DNA of 64,000 bases from Octopus bimaculoides (lineage: Eukaryota): positions 51,747,825-51,811,824 of the forward strand of contig NC_068989.1 in the NCBI RefSeq assembly GCF_001194135.2, read 5' to 3'. Every line of letters begins with the position of its first letter. The stretch's first letter is position 1. Shown in pieces: positions 26,913 through 39,394 of the stretch. The notes under the pieces are model-generated. The model did not search any database and was not told the DNA's origin. It worked only from the letters and a program-made list of their open reading frames with translations. The translations under genes were made by a program, and so were the position numbers.

Positions 26913-27409
26913 AGAGAGAGAGAGTGGATTTGCTTGATTAAATTAGTGAATTCAATCAGGTTTTGTAAGAACTACAGTTAATGTTTTGCAGGACACAAAT
27001 AATGACGAACTAACTGGTGCTTGTGACCCGACGATGGTTCAGGCCGGTTAATATAAAACGAGAAGATATTTGGAAATATTCCCCACATAGATATGCAAAA
27101 TAATTTTTAAAGAGAGTAGGGAATAGGAAAGATAAGACGACGGATAAGCATATCCTACTGCGATAGCCATCCTAACGCTACGGCAAATGTCCTAACGTGT
27201 TGTGTATTGAGATTCAACTCTGTAAAGCTTGAGTTCGCATTGAACGTCTTAACAACAAGGCTATGGTTGCATCAGTTTAGTTTATTTTTATATACTTACA
27301 TTTCGGAGTACTTGGTGATTTTTTATTTTTTCAACCTCTTTACTCACATCATTCATGTAATTTGGTATGGCTACATCAATGATCTAACAGTATTTCTCTA
27401 TGATTCAAT

Positions 27410-28700
27410 ATGAGAATATCCGGCCTACGGTGTTCGATTACACGATCCGTCCGAAAATCATAGTCCTAGAGTATCGTTATTTTTCCATCCTCCTGCGTAA
27501 TTCTACTTGATACCAATTCTCTGTTACTTCATATTGGTATTTAAGGCAGAAGAGCCAATCAAGATGCACATACATTTTATCGTGGCGGCGCTTGTATTCC
27601 TGTTGTGCAAGGCTCTTACATCCACCTACCAAGTGGGTCACATTTTCCACACTCTTTTCACAAATGTTATACTTCCCTGAATTGGTAGCGAGAGCCTGGA
27701 CTTGTGCAGCAATGATCAGGTTTTCAGTGGTACGCTTCAAATCGCCTCGATCAAGCCATGCCCAGGATACTGTATTATCCTTAGCGTTCCATGTATACCT
27801 TTCAAACTGTCCATGCATTCAAAGTCATTTCAAGGTCGTCTTTTCTCTTCTCCTCAGCGCTTTGGTTAAACTCTTTTTGCCCATCATTTCATCAGCATTT
27901 ACACCCATATATTTCGCGGCATATTGCAGTAGGTTTTCATCACCATTTATCAAATACACCGCAAGCATTCTTCTTTCACTCCTTATACAATAGTCAGAAC
28001 TAATTAGTCTTCTGCCACCATTCTTTCTTTTCATATGCTGTTTACGTTTGCTTTGTGGCGTAGCACCCCATGCAGTGTCATCAACTTTCTCGTCCTTCTA
28101 TCCGGTGATGATATTTCCTCCTTAGTCCATTTGAGGATGGACGTACTATATCTGACCACCGCAACTGCCCAGATATTCATTGCGGTAATCAAATTTTTGG
28201 TATTCAGGTTGGATTTCAACACCATCTTCACCCTTTTTGGATACACCTCTCTAAACTTGACTTTCAGTTCTATGTGTAGAATGTCATCCAGCTCCAAAAT
28301 CCCGACATATCTATACCCACTACCGTCGGGTTCACGCATGGTCTCTCCTGATGGCACCAGCAATCATCTTCAGGCTGCTTTCTTCCGTCTTTTCGTTTTA
28401 AGTACTGAGAATTTGGTAATCCCAAATTCCATACCGATGTCTCTACCACACTTCCGGCTGTTTTGGTTAAGGAATCTATCTATTTTTCAGATTTCCCAAA
28501 CAATTTCAGGTCATCCATAAACAGAACATGGTCCAATGATGAGCCTTTCTTCCGACATCGGTAAACCATCTTAACTTTCCTCATTGTTATGGGTGTTTGC
28601 GCAATTACAAATAGTAACGGAGGAAACGAGTCACCTTGGAAGATTCCCCTTTTAGTATTAACTTCTCCAAAGAATACATAATTTGAGCACAATTTGGTTT
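27410..28700 (-). mobile_element. R4/Dong-clade non-LTR retrotransposon fragment (RT, zinc knuckle, start of RLE)
   Basis: KRGIFQGDSFPPLLF, LFMDDLKLF, YRYVGILE, ENLIIAAQVQAL, ENVTHLVGGC...EYKRRHD and RTDRVIEHRRPDI. Frameshifted. Confidence 0.9.
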
Positions 28701-28739
28701 TTCACTCTTTCTTGCTATGCAGCAGAACATTTGTGATTA

Positions 28740-28890
28740 GTTTAGAATAGAAGCAGCTGATGAAGTAAAAGTTCCATAAGTGGTTCGTCTGTTTTCCTGT
28801 GTTCATTCTGTTGTCTGTAAAAAAAGTCCGTTTTTTGTGCTTTATGTGTCCGTTCCGTTCTTGACGTCCTGTATCCGGATATGCATCTAT
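28740..28890 (+). mobile_element. PLE-associated tail repeat containing CTGATGA
   Basis: Similar to the reverse complement of 52730-52895. Confidence 0.45.
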
Positions 28891-28905
28891 CTATCTATCT
28901 ATCTA

Positions 28906-28942
<37 letters not shown>

Positions 28943-29304
28943 NNNNNNNNNNNNNNNNNNNNNNNNNNNNNNNNNNNNNNNNNNNNNNNNNNNNNNNNNN
29001 NNNNNNNNNNNNNNNNNNNNNNNNNNNNNNNNNNNNNNNNNNNNNNNNNNNNNNNNNNNNNNNNNNNNNNNNNNNNNNNNNNNNNNNNNNNNNNNNNNNN
29101 NNNNNNNNNNNNNNNNNNNNNNNNNNNNNNNNNNNNNNNNNNNNNNNNNNNNNNNNNNNNNNNNNNNNNNNNATATATATATATATATATATATATACAT
29201 ACATATCTATATAAATGCATGTATGTATATTCCTATGTGTCATTATAAGGATGCACACATACATATTTATGCAATAATTATATAATAATGCAAAAATATC
29301 TTGG

Positions 29305-29440
29305 GTCAAGGCGAGCAATTTCAAGAAGTTGTAAGTCGAATGCAGTGTCCTCAGTGCACATCTGGAAATTATTTTATTTACTCTGATTTAAGGTCAACGT
29401 CGACCTCACTGGAATTTAAACCCAGAGCGTAAAAAGGTAA
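29305..29440 (-). mobile_element. SINE family 2 degenerate copy
   Basis: aaggtcaacgtcgacctcactggaatttaaacccagagcg is the reverse complement of the B-box and core. Confidence 0.5.
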
Positions 29441-29799
29441 AAACGGACAGAATTTTACAAAGAATGCTCTTATTACATATATTTAATCGCCGCCTTAGTA
29501 AATATATATAACAACAGCATGTGAATATTTCTTCTCTTGGACATTTCTGGTCAAAAAAGTGTTTTGCACTATTATTTGTAGCCTCAACTGTGTGTGTCAA
29601 TATATATGTTAAAGTAAATAAAACAATATCTCGTCCCAATGTGAAAGTGTGTATGCACACATACCCGCGCGCGTGCACACACACACATGCATATATACAT
29701 ACATACTGGCGGTGCCCCAGTATGACCACAGTCTTTGGGCTGAAACGTGTAAAAGAGTAAAAACAAGTGTGTGTGTGTGTGCGTGAGCGTGTGTGTGTG

Positions 29800-30330
29800 T
29801 AAATGCCGACATCGTGACTGCTGCTCAATGATCTGTGGACTGTGTAGAAGCTGTAAGACGTGACATGGACGGCTGCAAAGGATACTACGAAGGCTTGATT
29901 AGACGGAAGTGACAGCTGGCGTTCGCGCTGCGTCCACACGCTGGAATTCATCCGCACGTCTTTGAACAGTGCATTAGGCTCAATTAAGACGGCCATGTGA
30001 AGCTTCTGGAGAATGGTCAGTCCCCGGGTCGACATATTTGTAGCATCAAGATTCGGTTCTTTGGCATACACTCTGTAGGTAAATTCCTACGACTACACCT
30101 GCCCAACTATCTCAAATCTTAATTCTTCCGAATTAATCAGATGGATTACTGTGACCATAGCGCAGTTGAGAAAGATCTACTGACCAAGGCCAAGGCGGTG
30201 CTCGATGACAATTCCAAGTGCACAGTGAGGGACGCATGTGCCACTTTCAGAGCTGACCTCAGGCTGTGTTTGTAGCTGTAGGCGTTTATTCTAAGTAAAT
30301 TGTTATCTCCTAGCTATAATATAGTTGATA
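29800..30330 (+). mobile_element. Tc1/mariner DD37D (maT-like) transposase C-terminal remnant
   Basis: IRLN*DGHVKLLE, a QDS codon run, MDYCDHSAVEKD (resembles MDYYVWGAVEKD) and TVRDACATF. Confidence 0.6.
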
Positions 30331-31164
30331 TTACTTGATATTTAAAATAATTTTTATTTGGGATATGATAATGTGTTTTCCTTTCCTTTCATGAAGAAAT
30401 TTAACCTGAAAACCCTATAGCGGCAAAAACATCACAAAAATATCACCAAAAATAACTGTTACTCAGAGTTTCACGTCCGACGAACGGGAACGTGAAACTC
30501 TGATCAGCCTGTTTTTGTGGTATTGTTGTGATGTTATATATATATATAACATGTTATATATACATGTGTGTGTGTGTTTGTATGTATACGTATATATATA
30601 TATANNNNNNNNNNNNNNNNNNNNNNNNNNNNNNNNNNNNNNNNNNNNNNNNNNNNNNNNNNNNNNNNNNNNNNNNNNNNNNNNNNNNNNNNNNNNNNNN
30701 NNNNNNNNNNNNNNNNNNNNNNNNNNNNNNNNNNNNNNNNNNNNNNNNNNNNNNNNNNNNNNNNNNNNNNNNNNNNNNNNNNNNNNNNNNNNNNNNNNNN
30801 NNNNNNNNNNNNNNNNNNNNNNNNNNNNNNNNNNNNNNNNNNNNNNTATATATATATATATATATATTCCCAAGCACATATACAAATCTGTGCATAGTTA
30901 AGCAAGTTAGTATGTACAAATGTGTGTGCAGCTGATATCAGGTGCTGTTTGTAAATTTTGACACATCTTGTGGTGACAGAGACAGTTTTAATAAATCTAT
31001 AAGTTATGCTTCATGTTTTTGGTCATGTCTGTATTTGTCTACGTTAATATAATACACTGGCCACTCTCAGTTATTTCTCTACGCTCATGGTTCTTAAAAT
31101 TATGCAAATTTTCTAGGCGACTGTTTTCTACTCCTCTTTGTATAAGTCGTTTGGCTACTGGATA

Positions 31165-31452
31165 TAAGGTCAGACAATTATGCTGGAGCACCGCCATGAT
31201 GGAGCTCCGCTTTTAGTCGAGCAAATCGACCCCAAGACGTCTTTGTAAGTAGTACTTATTCTATCAATTTCCTTCACTGAACCGCTAATTTTTGGGGACG
31301 TAAACACACCAGCATCGGTTGTCAAGCGATGTTGGGGAGACAAACACAGGCACACAAACGCACACACACACAGACACACATATATATGTGTGTGTGCGTA
31401 TGTATGTATATATATATATATAAATATATAAATATATATATATATATATATA
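31165..31452 (-). mobile_element. CORE-type SINE, 3' half (cut by gap)
   Basis: ttagtcgagcaaatcgaccc...ggggacgtaaacacaccagcatcggttgtcaagcgatg is the reverse complement of the SINE body. Confidence 0.85.
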
Positions 31453-31639
31453 NNNNNNNNNNNNNNNNNNNNNNNNNNNNNNNNNNNNNNNNNNNNNNNN
31501 NNNNNNNNNNNNNNNNNNNNNNNNNNNNNNNNNNNNNNNNNNNNATGTATACATACATACAGAGGCATCCAACGTTGCCTGGGAATCAAATTATTCGTTA
31601 TACATTGGAAGAAAAAAGCAAAATATGCTATATAGAAAT

Positions 31640-32130
31640 GTGTTATTCTAAACTGAATTTAGCAGATAAGAGAAATGCTACAGTGGTGATGAACAAGTCT
31701 GTCTCAGAAAAACTGTCAGGTCTTACAAGTGACGGTAGCTACAGCAAAGTAAAGAAAGACCCTACTTTGAAAACAGGGGAAGTTGTCACAGATCTTGATC
31801 AAGAACAAAGATCACTTTACACCAATGAAGTACAGGCAACTGACTCCACACTACAGTAAACTACCACACATGTACGGTCTTCCTAACATTCACAAGGATG
31901 GTATTCTATTAATACCTATAGTGAGCTGTAGAGGTTCAAGCATGTCATTCACTGAGCCGCTTCCTTGTGGATATACTCACTCCATTGGTAGGAAAGTCAA
32001 CATCGTACGTGAAGAATTCCACCCAGTTCACAGAATTGATCAAGGATACCCCCATTGAATCCAACCATATGGTGAGTCTAGATGTGATAAGTCTGTGCAC
32101 CAAAGTCCCAACTGGTGAAGCACTATCAGC
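31640..32130 (+). mobile_element. Penelope-like element RT fragment
   Basis: ADKRNATVVM, PHMYGLPNIHKDG..LIPIVS, YVKNS and MVSLDVISLCTKVP. Confidence 0.9.
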
Positions 32131-32440
32131 TTTTTTTCAGGAAGATGGAGCTCAATGTCACAGATCGCGTACAGTACAAAAGAGAATACCTGATGAAGGG
32201 TGGTACCATATTGAAAGATTGGCCAGCTCAGAGCTCTGACTTAAATATCATCGACCAAATGTGGACAGACCTAAAGAGAAGAGTTCGTGAGAAAACTCCA
32301 CGCAATCTGGAAGAGTTGTGGGAGCTCAGGCACAGAGAATGGCATCTCATACCTGTGAAAATGGTGAAGATGGTGAAGTACCCATCTCTTCCTAGGCGTA
32401 TTGAAGCAATTATTCAAACTAAGTGAAGTCACACGAAATA
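32131..32440 (+). mobile_element. Tc1 (DD34E) transposase C-terminal fragment
   Basis: FQEDGAQCH, DWPAQSSDLNIIDQMW...LEELW and SLPRRIEAII. Confidence 0.85.
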
Positions 32441-32575
32441 TTAACAATGTAGAGTAACTTCTTGAAATGAACATTATGTAATACACTTTGTAGATAGACA
32501 GTCATATGTGAATAGGTTTTAACATACACACACACACACATATATAATATATTGTTCCGTTATATATATATATAG

Positions 32576-32636
<61 letters not shown>

Positions 32637-35055
32637 AATAATACATTGTTTCGTTATTGGTGATATCAACAAATAAAACACTCCAATATTAAAATACATA
32701 GATTTAAACGTGAGCTACTGTTAATTTCATGCATCTGAATGAAAATACAATGTTCTGAGAAGCCTGCGTAGCATGCTGCATATTTTCAGACAATCATTCA
32801 AACTTGAAATCACGTGTCTGTTAAATGATCTTCATGTGTGTGATTGTGTGTCTGACTGTGTGAGTGTATGTGTGTACAACCACATTGGGTGCCATTCGCT
32901 AAAATACAGATACCAGGATCTTGCTTCATTCAAACAAAAGAGCCTACTTACTATGTTAGTGACATGGCTGAGATGTCGGAAAATATTTTGTGTGCATACC
33001 TGTATGTAAATGTAATTTACCTACGAACTTATATATAGTTTTGCTTTTAATCTATCTTTTTTTTTCTTTCAGGACGACTGAGTATATAGCAGAAAAAGTA
33101 AACGTGTTAATAGCTGAATGCAAACGTGATAAAGTTCTCACCTCAATTATTTTGGCGTCTGTTCAATATCTACATGCTACACATGAAATGAAATAAAGAA
33201 ATTATATTACACGACAGAGTATTATCTCGAATTAACAGCCTGGTGATCCTATAAATTTTGAATGGTATTCATATAGTTATATTGGAAATCTGATACCTGC
33301 ATTCTGTCTATTCCCTACTCAGTTTCACCATTTCACCATGTATTGTTAAAATGAATTAGGTGATTTAATATGCTACTCTATTTCAAAGGAAGATTAATAT
33401 CGCATGGCGAAAACACCTTTCGATAATATTTCAAGTGTTCAGGTGGTGGCATTACAGAAAGGAAAGTGTTCCGAGCTTTATTGTTTTATTTTTATTAAAT
33501 ATCGCGCATCGCTAAAATAAATGCCATCTTTATGTGCCAGTTTAGGTAAATGCTTCTACACATTCCCCGTATATATCAGTAGTCTTGTAATAGGTAATAC
33601 TCAACATAGATTTAATTCTTACAGAGGGTATATGTCATTCACTTACGAAATATTAAAGCAACACTAGCTATATAGCTACATTACGATACTAAAGTTATCG
33701 CCTAGAATATAATATTAAAGGACATAAATAAGTTGCACTTTCCCCATATACATAAAACTTTAACAGTTTTTCGCACGACTTGGTGTAATTACTGTCAAAA
33801 TTTCTTGCTCTCAAACTTTATCGTCTTTAAAAAAGATAGTTTAGATAGCTTGATTCTGAGTGGATTACATTAGGGGAAAATGAGAAATAGATTAACGTGC
33901 TTATTTGTAGAGTATTTAATCACCCGTCGACTCAGTCAATCTAAATCGAAATAACAAGCATAACACAAGATATTTTTATCCAGTCAAAACAAACACGTAA
34001 TACTCAGTATTGACAATAAATCATATTCATGTGTATTTTAATGGTGGAGAGTAATGCTTAAGCTATATACAGTGTTCCTCATTGAAAATACTGAAGTGTT
34101 CGCTGTTCAATTTCAATTAATTTAGCAATGATTGCATGGAAGAAGTTTAGCGTGAAGGAATTATTGTGCTTTGTAATTCTTGGAAAAAATACTGGTTGGC
34201 ATATTTAGTTTCGGCTGTAGTCAAAGGCAAATGTAGTGGTCAAAGGCAAATGCGCAACAGAAGTAGGTAAGCGATTTAAGAGTGGCGGACGAAGATATAG
34301 CGCTGTTACAAGAGTTCTATCGTGAAGAAGAGTAAATAAAGTAATGAATTTGTGATTTATTCATTCAAATATTACAAGTTTGATTTGATAGGCATGACAG
34401 AACATGGGACAAAATGCATTTCGAAAGTTGTTCCGGGTTTCTGCGCTTTTATTTCGTATCAATCTAAGGATTACTTTATTTATTACCCTTCCTTCGTCAA
34501 TAAATAAATGATTGGTTATAAACTTCTGCAATCCCTGTCTGCCTCATCCTCTCCGTCTCTCGTTGCCTTTTTTTCACTCGAAATCAGCTACTTTTCGTAG
34601 ATGTAACATTGCTAAGGCTCTTATTTTCAGAACTGAAGGAGTGATGGGACACAACCTACAAACGTCATCTCATGGAGATTATTACAATAACTGATATTCG
34701 AGAGAAACTGCTCAATGATATAGGTATGCAAAGGAGGGAAGCAATAAATAAATAAATAAAAACTATTTAAAAAGCAGTGATTCAAAATATTAAAACGCCA
34801 TTTTCCTAATGCCGGGTCTTAATTAAGTGACTGGTAATCGTATAACAAGTGGGAAAAAAGCAGACTCTTTAAAACATCAGATAGAATATATTCCTCTATT
34901 TATTCTTGGCTTCTACTAAGTTACCTGAAGCAAATTATTCCTTGAAGCATGCGAATTCGATAAATAAATATACTAGTCAAGTACAGGGATTGCTTTCCCT
35001 GTCTGTCTGTTTATCTATATCTTTCTGTTTCTTTTTTCTCCCTCTCTCTTTCTTA

Positions 35056-35101
<46 letters not shown>

Positions 35102-35329
35102 CTGTTACAACATACGTGAAAAAAGTCTAGGAAGCTCGCTCACAGCATCCTTTTCTTATACCATGGAAGGTATTGAAAGTTTTGTTACAAACCACTTTTC
35201 ATAGGGAGAACAATATGTTCTAAGACATTACAATGATTGATTGCAGTGCTGCACCAAAGCGGTGAGAAATAAGGAGCAAAATCAGATCACGAAATGGAGA
35301 TGCTTGAATTATCTATAAACCGTACATAT

Positions 35330-35503
35330 GCGTAGGAGTGGCTGCGTGGTAAGTAGTTTGCTTACGAACCACATGGTTCCGCGTTCAGTCCCACTGCGCG
35401 GCACCTTGGGCAAGTGTCTTCTACTATAGCCTCTGGCCAACCAAAACCATGTGAGTGGATTTGGTAGACGGAAACTGAAAGAAGCCCGTCGTATATATAT
35501 ATG

Positions 35504-35536
<33 letters not shown>

Positions 35537-35750
35537 ATATGTTTGTGTCTGTGTTTGTCCCCCCAACATCGCTTGACAACCGATGCTGGTGTATGTACGT
35601 CCCCGTAACTTAGCAGTTCGGCAAAAGAGACCGATAGAATAAGTACTAGGTTTACAAAGAATAAGTCATGGGTTCGATTTGCTCGACTAAAGGCGGTGCT
35701 CCAGCATAACCACAGTAAAATGACTGAAACAAGTAAAAGAGTAAAAGAGA
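35330..35750 (+). mobile_element. CORE-type tRNA-SINE, full length
   Basis: ggagtggctgcgtggtaag...gcaccttgggcaagtgtcttctactatagcc...aagagtaaaagag. Confidence 0.9.
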
Positions 35751-35769
35751 GTATGCAATGAGCCACTCA

Positions 35770-36360
35770 GACCGTATTGTAACATGCGATGAAAAGTAGA
35801 TTTTCTACAATAACAAACGTTCTTCGCAGTGGTTGGTCCAAAATGAAGTGCAGAAAACTTTCCTTAAAGCGAGCCCTTCTAAAAGAAGATTATGATGAGT
35901 GTTTGGTGTTGTTCCACTGGATTCATCCATTATAACATCTTGAAACCCGGAAAAACCATTATTACAATAACATATCGCCATGAAATTGCCAAAATGAACG
36001 CAAAACTGCTACTTCTCCGTCACAGACTGGTCAACAGAAGAGGGTCAATCATTCTTCATGACAATGCCCGACAACACGTTTCTCTTATGACGCTCCAGAA
36101 GTTGGGGGATTTTGGCTACGATGTTCTTCCCCACCCAGCTTATTCTCCAGACCTTTCTCCTAGCAACTATCATTTTTTTCAAGCGCCTTGATGGTTTATT
36201 ACGAGAGCAGTTGAAAAATGAAACCGATGCTAAAATTGTATACAAAGAAGTCATCAGTTCCAGAACTCCAGATTTTTATGTTACCGGAATAAACAAACTT
36301 GTAACACGTTGGCAAATATGTGTCGAATTTAATGGTACTTACTTTAAATGAATAAAATTT
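35770..36360 (+). mobile_element. Mariner (DD34D) catalytic-domain fragment
   Basis: RIVTCDEK, ILHDNARQH, HPAYSPDLSPSNYHFF and GINKLVTRWQICV. Confidence 0.92.
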
Positions 36361-37487
36361 CCGCATTGTGATGAATTTCAAGTTTCAAAATGTTGCTTAC
36401 TTTTTACTCAGCTTGATGTTTTCTTATCTTACGTGAAATGAAGCTTAGTGAAATGCGGTCCTTGCTTTCCGTATAGAGCATAGCTGATAGTGACGCGTAA
36501 TTGGAGAGAAATTAAGGACAATATGTAATTGCTGCTCATGTTTCTGGGCATATGGTTCTCTGATGATTTTGATCGATACAGAGCGTTTTATTTTGCTTTT
36601 GAAAAACCAAGACTGGTGTTAGCAAATGTTAATGTAAATGGCTCACTCTATTCCGCTTGGAAACAACTGGAAACGACATAATCAGACGCGAGTGAAGAGT
36701 TTACCAGAAAGACCATTATATACCGAAGAGAGTGAACAACTGAAATGTTTGCAAGCATAAACATATGCCTTAAAATTACAATAATAACACCAACAATGGA
36801 AATAAAACAGACACGGCGACGTTATAGGTGCTCACAGTATCAATAAAAAAGAAGAATATATAACAAAATTAATCTCATTTGAGATAGGGTAGCAGCTAAA
36901 TAAAAAATATAGAGATAAGTTTTGAAACGATTTTGTATAGAAGTGGATGAATCACGGCAAGGGAAATAAGATAATGTAAAATACAATAAACAAAAAGTTT
37001 TTAAAAATCAAGAATAAAGCCATAAAATATCTCTTATCTTCATTGTATATACTAAGTTCACTGTCTAGTATTGTTCCGGTTTTACTCTGCCGGCCATTTG
37101 TTTCTAAGTGACATGCCAGCTTTCTTTCATCTATTTGTTTGTATCCTAATTTACAGTTTTTGCTTTATCATTTTGAACCTGTCCCATCATCTACACTTAC
37201 AGACTGGCAATTCTATACACACTCTATATGCGTTCATTTTAATTCTCCCGGCGCCAATTAATATTCAGTCTACTTCAGCCCAACTACTTTCCATTTATTG
37301 CCTGCTACCCACTTCCAAATAGCATTCAATACTACAAAATACTATCTTGTTTTAGTTGCCCTCTCTAGCAAATCTGAAGGTTATCTCTACGCTACAGTAC
37401 CATATAAAGCCTATTAAATTACTTATGAAAGTTATGAATTTCACAACAATGTATATATTTTTCCTATACCTATATTTGGTATTTAAT

Positions 37488-37533
<46 letters not shown>

Positions 37534-39279
37534 NNNNNNNNNNNNNNNNNNNNNNNNNNNNNNNNNNNNNNNNNNNNNNNNNNNNNNNNNNNNNNNNNNN
37601 NNNNNNNNNNNNNNNNNNNNNNNNNNNTATATATATATATATAAAGAGAGAGAGGAGAGAAATTCAAATTTTGATTCAGTAGTCAGGTAATGTTTTATTG
37701 ATCTTCGTGGTCAAAAGGCAATTCTCAGTTGGTGTTATCAGTTGATATGAAACCGTAATATTTATAAATACAGTTGCTTTAATTATATACATATCACCAC
37801 CAATATTATGTCTACATGCAAAACATATTATAAAATATATGCCAGGTTGTATTTACATTTCTTTATCTACCCTCCATTTTTCTAATAAAAATGTGATTAA
37901 AAAATCATATAAAATATGTAGATAAAAGTCTGTTTCATTGTGCGTATTTTTACATGTTGCATAAATATATAGACTAGATTTTCAAGTATTGTTATTGTAA
38001 TTTGTTTCGAATAAAACATTACATTTGAAATTCCAATAATATTACATGTTTTGCATATTTTCATTCCAAGTAAAACAAAGCAAAACACATTAATGTATGA
38101 TATAATAGAATAATTGCTACCAGGTTTATTATTCATGCTTCAAACATTTGCATATGATCACCCATTGTATGCCACTATAACAATTGTGATAGCCAATGCA
38201 ATCTTTACAATTTGTTACGTTAGAGAAGGAACATAAATGCGAATAAATATATCTGTATTAATGGTTTGTGTGTTTGAAACTCTGTGATAAAACCTAATTT
38301 AAATATTCGTAACTAATAGACTTCATTTCGAATATTAATTTATGAATAGTGATGCATTAGTGACATAAATATTTACATGCAGTGATACATTAAACGCAAA
38401 CAGACTACATGTATTCACTTCTTAACACGCAGACAGGCTTACAAGAAATAAAGCCCTCACGCGCATACACGTACACACATATACGTTGAAATACACTTAC
38501 AGACATGCATATGTTTGGATGTTTCTTTGTTTCTGTGCGCATGGGAACATATAAATGCATTTTGGATATGCATAACTGAATATATCTGTTTTCTCTCTCG
38601 TGGTGTGTACGTGTGCGTGTGTGTACATACTTGTGTCTGGGTGTGACCATGTTTCAGTGTGCGTTTACCTACACTCCTATTTCGGTTATGTACTAGTATA
38701 TTATATGAAATAAAACTGGAATACATCTGGGAAGCATTTGGGTATGAGGCCATTTCAGTAGTAGAATGTCTCATGGTATTTGTACATGCCTACCAACAAA
38801 CTCGCGTAGTTACGCGTTGTTCTGATGTGTAAATTCGGATGCGCTTCCTTGCATCATGAATTTTTTCGAGTTTGTAAATTCCACAGAATTACAAAGAATA
38901 CGGTGACTGGTGCATCGTAATAATTGTGTTTTAATTCAACAGTCAGTTATACAGCATACTTAGTTAAAATGACCAATGCTTCTTTCCACTTCACAGAATA
39001 TGAGCAGTGATGTATACAACCGAATATATTCTGCTAAGCACATTCAATCAGGGTCTTTCTACAATTGTGGTTCCAAACGAACTGAGTTTATTTATTCGAG
39101 GCTGCATATATGTGTGGTGTAGCAGCCAAGAAATAAACTGGAACATCGGATGGGACCTAAGGGACGATTACCTAAAAATGCACCATGAGAAGGAACCAGC
39201 CTTGGCATTTTACGCACAGGAATTCGGCATCCGCCTGGATATTATATCCCTTCTCTTACAATATGTACACACACACACA

Positions 39280-39394
<115 letters not shown>

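Noticed and set aside
34220-34252. 14-bp direct repeat gtcaaaggcaaatg (nuclear receptor or TCF-like), possible solo LTR
   Set aside because: It is a simple local duplication, and no LTR ends or TSD could be defined.
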